Notes: a model not told the origin generated them from the letters alone. Shown: positions 19,491 to 29,689, counted from the first letter of the stretch. The stretch is 64,000 nt of DNA from Planctomycetota bacterium (GCA_029260815.1 JAJDCN010000130.1:929-64928); one strand, 5' to 3'. Numbers and translations are program-made.

Positions 19491-22202
19491 TTATTCCACT
19501 TCTAGCCAATTGTCCCCGACCGCGATGTTGACCGTGAGCGGCACGCGCAAGTCCATGGCTCCGGTCATCCGTTCTTCGAAGGTCTTCGATTCCATGCCCA
19601 CGTCTTCGGTGGGCACTTCAAAGACCAGTTCATCGTGAATCTGCAACAGGATCCGGGCGCGGGATCCGCTGGTGTGAATGTGCTTCAGGATGTTGTTCAT
19701 GGCCACTTTGATCAGGTCCGCCGCGGACCCTTGAATGACGGTATTCACCGCGGTCCGTTCCGCATATTCTCGAGCCTGTCGCTGCCGCGCGTCGATGTCC
19801 GGCATTCCCCGTCGTCGCCCCAGCATGGTTTTCACGTAGCCCTGGCTTCGGGCGCTCTGAATGACTTCTTCTATGAATTGTTGGACTCCAGGGTAGGTCG
19901 CGAAATATTTTTCGATGAAGTCTTTGGCTTCCGCCTGTGGGATTTTCAACTCTTGAGACAGGCCGTATGGCGACTGACCATAGATTATACCGAAGTTCAC
20001 TGCTTTTGCAAGGATTCGATCTTCTTTTTTTAGATCTTCCGGTTTGACGCCGAAGACCTGACAGCCGACCTCGGTGTGAATATCCCGCCCGTCTCGAAAT
20101 GCCTGGAGCAGTGCCGCGTCCTGGGACAGGTGGGCGAGGATCCGTAGCTCGATCTGGGAATAATCGGCGGTAATTAGCGTTTTGGAAGGGTCCGATACGG
20201 TAAAGGCGGCCCGGATTTGTCGACCCAGTTCGGTGCGTACCGGGATATTCTGCAAGTTTGGATCCGAGGAGGACAGCCGACCGGTGGCGGCCACCGCCTG
20301 GTTAAACGACGCGTGAATCTTTCCGGTCTTCGGGTTGATCAACTCCGGCAGGGTGTCCACGTAGGTGGACTTGAGCTTGGTCAGTTGTCGGTATTCGATG
20401 ATCTTGCCCGGCAGCGGATGTTCCCAGGCCAACTCCTGTAGCACCTTCGCGTCGGTGGAGTAGCCGGTCTTGGTCTTTCGGATTTGGCGCAGGCCGAGTT
20501 TTTCGAAGAGGATTTCAGCCAATTGCTTGGGCGAAGCGATGTTGAAGGGCTCCCCGACGCTCTGATAGATTTCCTTCTCGATCTCGCAAATCCGGTCGGC
20601 CAGTTGCTCCTGCATCTGGGCCAGCAGTTGGGTATCCAACCGGATGCCGGAGAACTCCATGTGGATCAGCACCTGAACCAGGGGCATTTCCAATTCATAA
20701 AACAGCTTGGCCAGTTCTTCCTGTTCGATGCGCTCTTTGTAGACCTCGTAGAGTCGGAACGCAATGTCGGCGTCTTCGCAGGCGTACCGGCTGACCTCCT
20801 CCAGGGGAACTTGATCCATGGTGATCTGCTTCTTCCCTTTGCCGATCAACTCGGAGATGGGGATCATCCGGTAGTTAAACTCGGCCAGGGCCAACTCTTC
20901 GAGCTTGTGGCCGCGTCGTTCCGGCTGTAGGAGGTAGGATGCGATCATGGTGTCAAAATAGAGAGATGAAAGATGGATTTCGTGATTCAAGAGGACCAGG
21001 GCGTCGTACTTGATATTTTGTCCGACCTTAAGTATATCGGCATTTTCCAGCACCGGCTTGAGCGCAGCCAGCGTCCGGGTCGGGTCCAGGGTCTTGCCCC
21101 CCAGCGGTCCACGGACCGCCACGTAGTACCCCTCACCTGATTTGAAGCAGAACGCCAGCCCCACGATCTGTGCCCGCATTTCCGAGACACTGGTGGTCTC
21201 CAAATCCACGCTGAGGATCTTTTGCTTGGACAAGGTCTTGATCAGCGCAGCGAGCGCCTTTTCGTCGTTGATCAGTGTGTAGTTTGCGTCCGCCGCCTCC
21301 GCGCTCGCTGTACTTGCATCCGAAGAGGAGTCGGTTTCTTGAACCTGCGCGGCGAATTTGCGAAACCCCAGCCGCACGAACAGGGGCAGCACCTTCTCCG
21401 CGTCGATCGGCGGGATAGAAAGGTCTTTTACGTCCACCGACAGCGGGGCGTCGGTGGCGATCGTGGCCAACTGTTTGCTTAACCGCGCCTGGTCGGCGAA
21501 CTCGGTCAGGTTGCTGCGCAGTTTCGGCTTGGTGATCTGATCGGCCGCGGCGAGAACGCCCTCCATGCTGCCGAACTGCTGGATCAGGTTGATCGCGGTC
21601 TTGGGTCCCACGCCGGGGATTCCGGGGATGTTGTCCACGTTGTCGCCGGCCAGACCCAGGTAGTCGATCATCTGGGCCGGGGTGATGCCCAACTCCGCCT
21701 GGAGCGATTCCACGTTGTACTCTTCGTTCTTCACGACGTCGAACAGGACCGTTCGCTCGTCCAGGAGCTGCTTGAGGTCCTTGTCTTTGGTGATGAGGTA
21801 GCTGTACACGTCCTGGCTCGACGCCCGCCGCACCAGGGCTCCCAGCAGATCGTCCGCCTCGTAGCCGGTGCACTCGACGATGGGGATTTGCAGGGCCTGG
21901 ATTACCTCGCGAATCAATGGCATCTGGGCGACCAAGTCGTCGGGCATGGGCTTGCGGCCGGCCTTGTAATCGGCGAATTGATCGTGTCGAAACGTCTTGC
22001 CCGCCGCGTCGAAGGTCACCACCAGGTAGTCGGGCTTGTCCACCGTGAGAATCCGCAATAGCAGGTTGGTGAACCCATACACCGCGTTGACCGGCATGCC
22101 GTCGGGTGCGTTAAGGTTTCGGATCGCGTAGTAGGTCTGATAGGTGTAGGAGTGTCCGTCGATCAGGAACAGTCGTTTTTTAGCCTTCGCTCCCGTAGCC
22201 AT
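19491..22202 (-). CDS. polA: DNA polymerase I
   Basis: 903 aa with an N-terminal 5'-3' exonuclease domain, a 3'-5' exonuclease domain, and polymerase motifs A/B/C ('DYSQIELRILAHLS', 'RRxxKxxNFGxxYG', 'QIHDELVFE'). Confidence 0.9.
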   Translation of the reverse strand: MATGAKAKKRLFLIDGHSYTYQTYYAIRNLNAPDGMPVNAVYGFTNLLLRILTVDKPDYLVVTFDAAGKTFRHDQFADYKAGRKPMPDDLVAQMPLIREVIQALQIPIVECTGYEADDLLGALVRRASSQDVYSYLITKDKDLKQLLDERTVLFDVVKNEEYNVESLQAELGITPAQMIDYLGLAGDNVDNIPGIPGVGPKTAINLIQQFGSMEGVLAAADQITKPKLRSNLTEFADQARLSKQLATIATDAPLSVDVKDLSIPPIDAEKVLPLFVRLGFRKFAAQVQETDSSSDASTASAEAADANYTLINDEKALAALIKTLSKQKILSVDLETTSVSEMRAQIVGLAFCFKSGEGYYVAVRGPLGGKTLDPTRTLAALKPVLENADILKVGQNIKYDALVLLNHEIHLSSLYFDTMIASYLLQPERRGHKLEELALAEFNYRMIPISELIGKGKKQITMDQVPLEEVSRYACEDADIAFRLYEVYKERIEQEELAKLFYELEMPLVQVLIHMEFSGIRLDTQLLAQMQEQLADRICEIEKEIYQSVGEPFNIASPKQLAEILFEKLGLRQIRKTKTGYSTDAKVLQELAWEHPLPGKIIEYRQLTKLKSTYVDTLPELINPKTGKIHASFNQAVAATGRLSSSDPNLQNIPVRTELGRQIRAAFTVSDPSKTLITADYSQIELRILAHLSQDAALLQAFRDGRDIHTEVGCQVFGVKPEDLKKEDRILAKAVNFGIIYGQSPYGLSQELKIPQAEAKDFIEKYFATYPGVQQFIEEVIQSARSQGYVKTMLGRRRGMPDIDARQRQAREYAERTAVNTVIQGSAADLIKVAMNNILKHIHTSGSRARILLQIHDELVFEVPTEDVGMESKTFEERMTGAMDLRVPLTVNIAVGDNWLEVE

Positions 22203-22478
22203 GGAACCGCGTCTCCCACGGCCCGGCGGGGGGCGCGTGCCATGTCAATCGGACGGCAGGATCAAACATAAACAGTTCCGGATGTGCAGAATAAATGTAG
22301 GTAGCAGATTGCCAGGTTTCGGTGAATAAATCCGCAGGTTCAAACCGGAGAGTAGCAGGGCGTCGGTCGAGGGTCAAGGCCTTTTTTGATTGACACTTCG
22401 CCCTGCAATGGTGCATACTCGCGTGCGTAGCAACCCGCCAAGAAGGGGCCGATCGGCTGGCGGCGCGCGCAGGGAGAG

Positions 22479-23723
22479 TTGACCGCCCCCACCGGGCGCG
22501 ACCCGATCCAGGAGCCCGCCATGCGACACGAACGAGCCCTTCCTCACATCCTATCGATCTGCGTTGCCCTCGTCGCGGTTCTTGCCGCCGCCGGAACCTA
22601 TCTGTTCGGTCTCGCCGCCGAGCAAGCGGCACACCAACAGACCCGTGAGGAGCTTTTTCGGACGGTTCAGGCCCGCGAGGCCATAGCCTCCCAAGCCTAT
22701 GAGCTGGCCAATTTAATCGCCAGAAACGCTTCTGCACCCCAGGCGCGCGCAATTGTCGCCGAATCCCTGGGCGATGAAGAGCTTGATGAAGCCGATCTGA
22801 TCTCGCGCATCGATCGGCTGCACCGGCACCGGGCCGTGCTCAAACAGGGCCTTGATCTGGAGCGCAAAAAATTTCAAGACACCTACGACCGGTTCGATAC
22901 AAAGACTACCGAGCTTACCGATGGGTTCCAGCGAGTACACCAACAAGATGCAACGCAGATCGGGTCTCTTCAAAGCCAAATCGAGAATCTAAACGTTGAA
23001 ATGGAAAAGGCGACGGCGACGGCCAGCTCGAATCAAAAAGTGTTGCAACATCACGGGGAACGGCTGGCCGGACAATTCGTGGCGCTAAAAAAAGAATTCG
23101 AGGCATACAAAATCAAGTATCCGCCCCCTCCCCCTGACCCAGAGGATGAGCCAGGGCGGCCGGCGCACAACCCGGAGATGCCCGTGTTGCGCCCGGCGGG
23201 AGAGGTGCTTGAGGTCGATGGTCACAACGCGGTCATCAACCTCGGCGCGGCGGATGGCGTCATGAACGGCATGGTTTTCCTGGTGGTTCAGATGGAAGGC
23301 AATCATTCGACCGGCAAGAGCCTGGCCGTCGTACGGCAGGTCGAGCCCGGCAAAGGAGTTTCTCTGGTCCACTTGTATCAACCCATGGAGGCCGACGTGC
23401 TGATCGACCCTGTTGCGCGCAACCGACCGGTTGTCCAGGGCGATCGGGTGGCCAGTCCGTTTCATGCGCTTCGTCGCGACCTGGTCTTTTTTCTCGATGG
23501 GAGTTTTGTGCAAGTGGATGAATTCGGGTTGCAAACCGATCTGCGAGACCTCCGGCGCCGGATTGAAGAGTACGGCGGGCGCATTGCCGCGTCGCTCACC
23601 GAAGAGACGGACTACGCGGTGTTCGGCAACGAATATGACCCGAAGAATCTGGACCAGGCCAACCGTCTTGGGATCAAGGTCATCCCCAAATCCGGGATCC
23701 TGGTGTTCTTGAGCACGCGATAA
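22479..23723 (+). CDS. Membrane-anchored coiled-coil protein with C-terminal BRCT-like domain (paralog 1)
   Basis: 414 aa with an N-terminal TM helix, a long heptad-rich region, a Pro/acidic linker, a small beta-rich domain ('VINLGAADGVMNGMVFLV') and a C-terminal ~75 aa BRCT-like pattern ('FFLDG...EYGGRI...TDYAVFG'). Confidence 0.6.
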   Translation: MTAPTGRDPIQEPAMRHERALPHILSICVALVAVLAAAGTYLFGLAAEQAAHQQTREELFRTVQAREAIASQAYELANLIARNASAPQARAIVAESLGDEELDEADLISRIDRLHRHRAVLKQGLDLERKKFQDTYDRFDTKTTELTDGFQRVHQQDATQIGSLQSQIENLNVEMEKATATASSNQKVLQHHGERLAGQFVALKKEFEAYKIKYPPPPPDPEDEPGRPAHNPEMPVLRPAGEVLEVDGHNAVINLGAADGVMNGMVFLVVQMEGNHSTGKSLAVVRQVEPGKGVSLVHLYQPMEADVLIDPVARNRPVVQGDRVASPFHALRRDLVFFLDGSFVQVDEFGLQTDLRDLRRRIEEYGGRIAASLTEETDYAVFGNEYDPKNLDQANRLGIKVIPKSGILVFLSTR

Positions 23724-23879
23724 TGCGGAGATTTTTTGTTGACAGATCGCCTTAAATACTGGAAAATAGCGGTTTTAGATACGATGTCTCTTTTGAAGAG
23801 GGTCACAAGAGACATGCCGTTGTGCAGGGAGAGGCCTCCCGCGAGTGGGCGGGAGAGCAAAGGAATCGAGGAGTAATCC

Positions 23880-25166
23880 ATGCGATCGGGTAATTCGTCT
23901 ACCACCCCCATTATCATCTCTATCAGTCTGGCCCTGGTCTGTGTCGTGGGCGTGATTCTTGTCTACGTCTTTGTGGTCGCCGACCACGAGGCCAAGATCA
24001 CACAGATGGAGAAGCAGGTGAAGGCCAAGAATGAAGAAATCGCCCAGGTGTACAAGGAACAGGACGAGTTGAGTGCTCTGATCCAAGCCGACGCCGACCG
24101 GGCCGCCGCAGCTTCTTGGGCCAAAGAGGAGCTGAAGAACTACGCGCCGAGTGAGCCGGACGAGGACCTGCTGGATGAGGACCTGCTGGATGAAGAAAAC
24201 ACGCCAATCGACCTGGCCGGTTTGCTCAGGGCGCTCCGCAAAGGTCATGGACGCGAAGTGGACGCATTGACCCAAGCCAAGGACCTCGCCGAGGGCAAAG
24301 CAGAAGCGCTGGGGCGCACCGCGGAGGAGAAACAGAACGCCATCGACCGACTGGGATCTCAGAACAGCGAACTACAGAAAAATCTCGACGCCAATATTGT
24401 GAAGTTTAACAAAGAAATGACGGATTCGAGGCTCACGTACGAACAGAAGCAAGCCACCCACCTGGCGGAGATCAATAAACTTCGCTTGATCCGGGTCGAT
24501 CTGAATCGACGTGCGAAAGATGCCGAAGCGACGGCGAAGGATCTGAAGGATCAAGTCCTTATCTTGACACAGACTCAAGAGCCCGGGGAGGACGAATCCG
24601 ACAAGGTCGTGACTACCGCGGACTCCTTTCAAGCGGACGGAAAGATCGTCGATGTGGAAGGAGACATTGCCATCATGAATCTCGGCGCCGACGACGGCGT
24701 CAAGAACGGCATGGTCTTCCTTATTTACAAGCTGGAAGGGACCGCCCCCATGGCAAAAAGCTTGGGCGTGGTCCGTACCACGGATCCCGGCTCGCCGGTT
24801 TCATTGCTAAAGCTGTACCGGCCCAAAGGGGACGTAGAATTGATGGGGCAAGAGGCCACCAACCTGCCGGTCATCATCGGGGACTTTGTGAGCAACCCGT
24901 TTTTCATGCCAGGCCGAAAGCCGAAATTCTTTCTCGACGGAGCCTTCGCCACCACCGACAAGTGGGGAATCACCCTGGATATCAAAGACATCGAGCGCAA
25001 GATCATAGAATACGGCGGTGAGATCGTCCACCAGATCTCCGTGGATACCGACTACGTCGTCCTGGGCGAGGAATACAAAACGGCCAACCTGGAAAAGGCC
25101 CAGGGGTTGAGTTCCAAGATTATTTCCAAGGCGGACATTCTCGCCTTTCTCGATGTAGACCAGTAA
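23880..25166 (+). CDS. Membrane-anchored coiled-coil protein with C-terminal BRCT-like domain (paralog 2)
   Basis: 428 aa with the same architecture as the upstream gene. It also has an acidic 'DEDLLDEDLLDEE' repeat. The conserved blocks are 'IMNLGADDGVKNGMVFLIY' and 'FFLDGAF...EYGGEI...TDYVVLG'. Confidence 0.6.
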   Translation: MRSGNSSTTPIIISISLALVCVVGVILVYVFVVADHEAKITQMEKQVKAKNEEIAQVYKEQDELSALIQADADRAAAASWAKEELKNYAPSEPDEDLLDEDLLDEENTPIDLAGLLRALRKGHGREVDALTQAKDLAEGKAEALGRTAEEKQNAIDRLGSQNSELQKNLDANIVKFNKEMTDSRLTYEQKQATHLAEINKLRLIRVDLNRRAKDAEATAKDLKDQVLILTQTQEPGEDESDKVVTTADSFQADGKIVDVEGDIAIMNLGADDGVKNGMVFLIYKLEGTAPMAKSLGVVRTTDPGSPVSLLKLYRPKGDVELMGQEATNLPVIIGDFVSNPFFMPGRKPKFFLDGAFATTDKWGITLDIKDIERKIIEYGGEIVHQISVDTDYVVLGEEYKTANLEKAQGLSSKIISKADILAFLDVDQ

Positions 25167-25315
25167 AAACGAAACTGAAATCCAGCCACAGGGCAAACGT
25201 GAGACAAGGCCGGTGACTCCCTCTTGGGATTTCGATGGCTTCTTCTGAAACCCAATGGCCCCTACGACGAGAGGGGCCGTTTCCTATGGAGGCGTGAGTG
25301 GAACCGGAAAGCCGT

Positions 25316-26041
25316 ATGTCCTTCGGCGACCATCTCGACGAGCTTCGGGTTCGCCTGATCCGGTGCCTCATTGTGATCGTGCTTGGCGCCATCGTCTGTT
25401 ACACGTTCCGCAACGACATCATGGACCTGATCATCGGCCCCGTGGAAAAGGTGCTGGCCGAGTCCGGCGCGAAAAACGTCAAACTGGTCTACTTCAACCC
25501 CGTCGGCGCCTTCATGCCGTTTGTCAAGATCGCGATCTACGCCGGGTTCCTGCTTGCCTCGCCTTTTTGTCTCTACCAGGCGTGGGCATTTGTTCAATCG
25601 GGCCTGCTGACGCGCGAGCGCAAGTACGTGTACCGCTTTGCCCCCTTCTCCATCGGGATGTTCCTGGGTGGCGCCGTGCTGTGCTATCTCTTCATGGTGC
25701 CGATTACGTTAAACTTCTTGCTCAACTTTCCCGGCGAGCTGCTGGACCCGGTGCTGCGCGTAGACGACGTGATCAACTTCGTGCTGCTGCTCATGCTCAT
25801 GATGGGGGTCGTCTTTGAAACCCCCCTGGTCATGCTCTTCCTTAGTTACATCGGCGTGGGCACCGTGCCGTTCTACAATCACTACCGGCGGCACTTCATC
25901 CTCATCGCGGCCATCCTTTCCGCCTTTCTGACCCCCGCAGACCTGCCCTCCATGGTCATGATGGCCGTCCCGCTAATTCTGCTATACGAAGTTGGCATCC
26001 TGCTGGTCCGCGTGGCCGGAAAGAGAGTCTCCGCCGCATGA
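25316..26041 (+). CDS. tatC: Twin-arginine translocase subunit TatC
   Basis: Six predicted TM helices, with the TatC N-terminus 'HLDELRVRLIRCLI' and conserved 'LASPF' and 'YEVGILLV' regions. Confidence 0.85.
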   Translation: MSFGDHLDELRVRLIRCLIVIVLGAIVCYTFRNDIMDLIIGPVEKVLAESGAKNVKLVYFNPVGAFMPFVKIAIYAGFLLASPFCLYQAWAFVQSGLLTRERKYVYRFAPFSIGMFLGGAVLCYLFMVPITLNFLLNFPGELLDPVLRVDDVINFVLLLMLMMGVVFETPLVMLFLSYIGVGTVPFYNHYRRHFILIAAILSAFLTPADLPSMVMMAVPLILLYEVGILLVRVAGKRVSAA

Positions 26042-27099
26042 AAATCGCCCTGATCGGACCGCCCACCGCCGGAAAGACCACCCTGTTTGAAGCGATCGCC
26101 CCCGGCGGCTCCACCGCCGCACGCAAGGGTGCCCTGGGCTCCAACGCCGTTGTCAAAGTGCCCGACCCGCACGTGGACCGCCTGACGGAAATCTACAAAC
26201 CGAAAAAAACCATCCACGCCACCGTCGAATTCATCGACCTGCCCGGCCTGCCCACCGCCGGCAGCGGCGGCGACCAGCGCACCCGGATCCTTTCCGCCGC
26301 ACGAGACGCAGAAGCGCTCATCGAGGTCGCCGGTTTGTTCGACTTCGGCGCCGGCCCGCGCGATCTTGCCGCGGCCGAGGCCGAACTCGACGGTTTGCGC
26401 ACCGAGATGGCCCTGGCAGACCTGGAGATTATCGAGAAGCGTTTGGACAAGCTGGCTACGCAGATCCAGCGCAAGTCCGGCGACCCGGAACAAGACAAGC
26501 GCGAGCACGCCCTGCTCGAGCGACTGCGGGAAGCCATCGAAAACGGCGCCCTGGGCGCCATCGACTTCAGCCCCGAACAGGAAAAAATCTTCCGCGCCTA
26601 CCAGTTCCTCGCCGCCAAACCGCGCCTGACCGTCTACAACCTGGACGAGACCCAATTCGCCGACACCGCCCTGCGCGCGCAAATCGAGAGCAGCGGCCCC
26701 AACGTGATCGCCACCTGCGCCACCCTCGAGCAGGAGATCGCCCAGCTCTCCGCCGAAGAACAAACCGAGTTCCTGGCCGAGTACGGGCTCACCGAACCCA
26801 CCAGCGGCCGCGTGGTCCGTGCCTGTTACCACTTGCTCGACCTGATCTCCTTTTACACGGTGGGGGAGGACGAGGTGCGCGCCTGGACGATCCAGCGCGG
26901 CGACACCGCGGTCACCGCCGCCGGCAAGATCCACTCCGACATCGCCCGTGGCTTCATCCGCGCCGAAGTCATTTCGTATGAAGACGTCATCGAACACGGC
27001 GACTTCAAAGGCGCCAAAGCCGCCGGCAAAATGCGCCTGGAGGGCAAAGAATACGAAATCCTCCCCGACCACATCGTCCACTTCCGCTTCAGTGTCTGA
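26038..27099 (+). CDS. ychF: Ribosome-binding ATPase YchF (Obg-like GTPase family)
   Basis: 353 aa with a G1 'GPPTAGKTT', the YchF-specific 'NxxE' region and a C-terminal TGS domain. The start overlaps the tatC stop (ATGA). Confidence 0.9.
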   Translation: MKIALIGPPTAGKTTLFEAIAPGGSTAARKGALGSNAVVKVPDPHVDRLTEIYKPKKTIHATVEFIDLPGLPTAGSGGDQRTRILSAARDAEALIEVAGLFDFGAGPRDLAAAEAELDGLRTEMALADLEIIEKRLDKLATQIQRKSGDPEQDKREHALLERLREAIENGALGAIDFSPEQEKIFRAYQFLAAKPRLTVYNLDETQFADTALRAQIESSGPNVIATCATLEQEIAQLSAEEQTEFLAEYGLTEPTSGRVVRACYHLLDLISFYTVGEDEVRAWTIQRGDTAVTAAGKIHSDIARGFIRAEVISYEDVIEHGDFKGAKAAGKMRLEGKEYEILPDHIVHFRFSV

Positions 27100-27214
27100 C
27101 CTGCCAAGTTATACCGAGTCGCACGCTGTCCGACGCGTTTTATCGTTGATCTAACGCGGCGCGCGCGATAGAGTCTGATCCAAGACCGCTCATTTTGTTC
27201 ACATCGGGGGCATT

Positions 27215-28669
27215 ATGGGAACCCGCAACACACAAAATTCGTTTTTGGCACTGGCCACCGTGGCCGCTTTGGCCGTGGGGTGGGCAATTCTGCAAACTGC
27301 CAAGATCCACTCTACAAAAGAGGATCTGGAAGCTCTGCGCGCCCAGAACCAACAAAACCAGGAAACCATCGAACGAATTGAACGCGACCTGAAGGAAGCT
27401 CGTCTGCGAGCCTCGGACGATTCCATGGGCCAGGAACCGCCAGAGACGACTTCCTCCCTATCGGTCGAGCCCGCCGGTTCCAGCGATATAGACGCAAAGG
27501 TCGCCGCGCTGAAGGCAAAGCTGATTACCGCGTTCGAAGAGGAAGACGGCAAGGCTTTTGTTCAATCATTTCCCGAACTGCTCGCGATGGGCGAACCGGC
27601 TTATGGAGCGCTTGAAGAGCTTTTTCTGGCTTTAAAGGAGGATAAGGAAGCCTTCGAAAAACTCTATAAAGGCGAGGAAATGGCTTTTTTCGGGCTGATC
27701 TCCAATCCACATATGGCTCGGTTTGCGCTCCATGAGATCTTAAAGGGCAACGCATCTCCCTTGTCCGACGGAAGTGAAACTGAGGCACGTACAATCCAGT
27801 GGATCAGCCAGTTGCTCAAAGAAGAGGCGAAAGAACCGATGCACACCTTGCTGGCGACATCGGAAGAAGCTGGTGCTGTCGAGGGGGCAATCCGTGCTTT
27901 GCACGACTATTACAAAGATCCTTCAACGCTCGCACAGGTCGAGGCACGCTTGTCCGGCGGCGACCTCACTCCCGAAATGAAATACGGAATCTTGCAGGAA
28001 ATCGCGTTCTTTCAAGAGCCTGAAGCGCGCAGAATTCTGGAGGGCTACACCGGGCCTGGCGCGGATCCAGAAGTGCTCGTCAAGACTCTCGCATTTCTGT
28101 TGCCCATGGCGATGCAGGACGATATTCCCCGTGTGAGGCAGGCCTTGAACAGCGTAGACCCGGCTCTGCGCGCAGAGGCCTTCGATTATCTCAACGCGTG
28201 GAGCTCTCTTCAGGCCAATGACGTGGGAAGCATGGGTACCTCATCACAGATGGGCGGCAACTACAAGACGATCACAGTGGAAGGGAAAGAATTTCTTGCC
28301 CAGGGGGAAGCGGAGGACACCTACCGACTTTTCGAACAGCCCCAAATCCAACAACTCGTTCTCGGCGCAGCGCGCAATGATGGAAATCAAGAAGTAAGGT
28401 TAAATGCCTTGAAGACCGCGCGTCTCTTTCCCGAGGAACTCAACACGCCGGTTCTCGTCGGGGCCTTGCAAGACACTGCTTTGCCGGTGCGCCAGCACGC
28501 CTTCGAGGAGCTTCGGCACAACCAGGCTGAATCAGTGACCGAAGCAATCCGTATTCAATCGGAGACCGAAAATGACGAAGCGCTTAAGGCCGGACTTCAA
28601 AAGAATCTCAAATGGCGCCTGGCGCGCGCGAAAAAGAAAACGCCCGCAGCACCACTTGATGAGCATTGA
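27215..28669 (+). CDS. Hypothetical HEAT/ARM-like helical repeat protein with N-terminal signal or anchor
   Basis: 484 aa with a hydrophobic N-terminus, a coiled-coil segment and repeated helical hairpins. No catalytic motifs. Confidence 0.45.
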   Translation: MGTRNTQNSFLALATVAALAVGWAILQTAKIHSTKEDLEALRAQNQQNQETIERIERDLKEARLRASDDSMGQEPPETTSSLSVEPAGSSDIDAKVAALKAKLITAFEEEDGKAFVQSFPELLAMGEPAYGALEELFLALKEDKEAFEKLYKGEEMAFFGLISNPHMARFALHEILKGNASPLSDGSETEARTIQWISQLLKEEAKEPMHTLLATSEEAGAVEGAIRALHDYYKDPSTLAQVEARLSGGDLTPEMKYGILQEIAFFQEPEARRILEGYTGPGADPEVLVKTLAFLLPMAMQDDIPRVRQALNSVDPALRAEAFDYLNAWSSLQANDVGSMGTSSQMGGNYKTITVEGKEFLAQGEAEDTYRLFEQPQIQQLVLGAARNDGNQEVRLNALKTARLFPEELNTPVLVGALQDTALPVRQHAFEELRHNQAESVTEAIRIQSETENDEALKAGLQKNLKWRLARAKKKTPAAPLDEH

Positions 28670-28691
28670 CCTTGTATAAGGGAGGAACGTT

Positions 28692-28934
28692 ATGTGCATT
28701 GAGACACTCACGACATTCTTTATGTGGTGTACGATCCTGAACGGAGGCCTGTTGGTCTTCTGGGCCATTCTGTGTATGTCGGCGCCGGATTTGGTCTACC
28801 GCATACAAAACAAATGGTTCCCCCTTCCGCGCGAAACTTTTAACGTGATCATCTACTCATTTCTCGGGGCGTTCAAAATCGTCTTTCTCGTTTTCAATGT
28901 GGTTCCCTACGTGGCCCTGCTGATCATGGGATAA
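28692..28934 (+). CDS. Small hypothetical membrane protein (2 TM)
   Basis: 80 aa with two hydrophobic helices. It sits immediately downstream of the HEAT-like gene. Could be spurious. Confidence 0.3.
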   Translation: MCIETLTTFFMWCTILNGGLLVFWAILCMSAPDLVYRIQNKWFPLPRETFNVIIYSFLGAFKIVFLVFNVVPYVALLIMG

Positions 28935-29339
28935 CAGGCGGCGTCTTAGGCTCTTTCGCATTCGCAGTGCGTTGCGCGACCTGCGCGAAGCAAGGCGATG
29001 GGAAAACAAAAAGTCCACTTTGGTTTATGAATAAAAATCGCTGGAGGCCATCCCATAAATTCCGAGTTGGGAATAACCGATCTTGTACCGATGAGATGGT
29101 TTTCGGTAAAATCGGAGAGCAACGCTCTTTTGCTGCCGATCACCCCGTTTTTTAATGTTGTTGTCATTTCGAGCCCGGGCGGTCTGCTGTTGAGGGATGT
29201 GATTTTGGGCCGCGGCGGCGAAACTTTTCTTTACAAATCGTGTTTCAAACGTGTCGAAGCGTGTCCGAATTGTGCCTAAACATGCACGGACTATGTCTTG
29301 GGCGTGCATGGCTCAAGCTCAAAAGTAAAGAGGTTTTGC

Positions 29340-29625
29340 GCCACTGGCATGGGCTGGAGCGGTGCCGGGAGCATATACGGCGGCGGGTCGGTGGCATGGG
29401 CTCTGGTGTGGGCCGTGGTGTAGGAGCCGGCGCGGTTGGCGATGTGCCGGTGGCGTAGGCGCAAGCGTTTCCGCCGGTGGGGCCGCCGGTGTGTCGGTGG
29501 CATGGGCTCCGGTGTGGGCCGTGGTGTAGGAGCCGGCGCGGGTAGCCGTGTGTCGGTGATGCAGGCGCAAGCGTTGCTGCTGGTGGGGCCACCGGTGTGG
29601 GGCGAATGGGCGTTGGGTCTTCAGA
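29340..29625. repeat. Direct tandem repeat, ~107-bp unit, about 2 full copies plus partial flanking copies
   Basis: Read directly from the sequence. Unit 'ggtggcatgggctc[t/c]ggtgtgggccgtggtgtaggagccggcgcgg...' appears at ~29390 and again at ~29497 (period 107) with a few substitutions. Degenerate partial copies lie at ~29343 and ~29602. Confidence 0.7.
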
Positions 29626-29689
29626 ATGGGTTGACAGCGCCTACGGGTATCTTTTACAATGACGGTTCATCTGGGAATTCGGAGCCATT

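Noticed and set aside
22203-22478. Possible small gene or ncRNA between polA and the first BRCT-like gene
   Set aside because: Only short overlapping ORFs on both strands and no recognisable structure. Most likely a promoter region for the downstream paralog pair.
29245-29592. Pro/Thr/Ala-rich small ORFs across the tandem-repeat region
   Set aside because: They arise from translating the GGTG-rich repeat. There is no start or RBS context, and the region is better explained as a non-coding repeat.
28935-29689. CRISPR array
   Set aside because: Only ~2 repeats of ~107 bp with no unique spacers and no cas genes nearby. Inconsistent with CRISPR.
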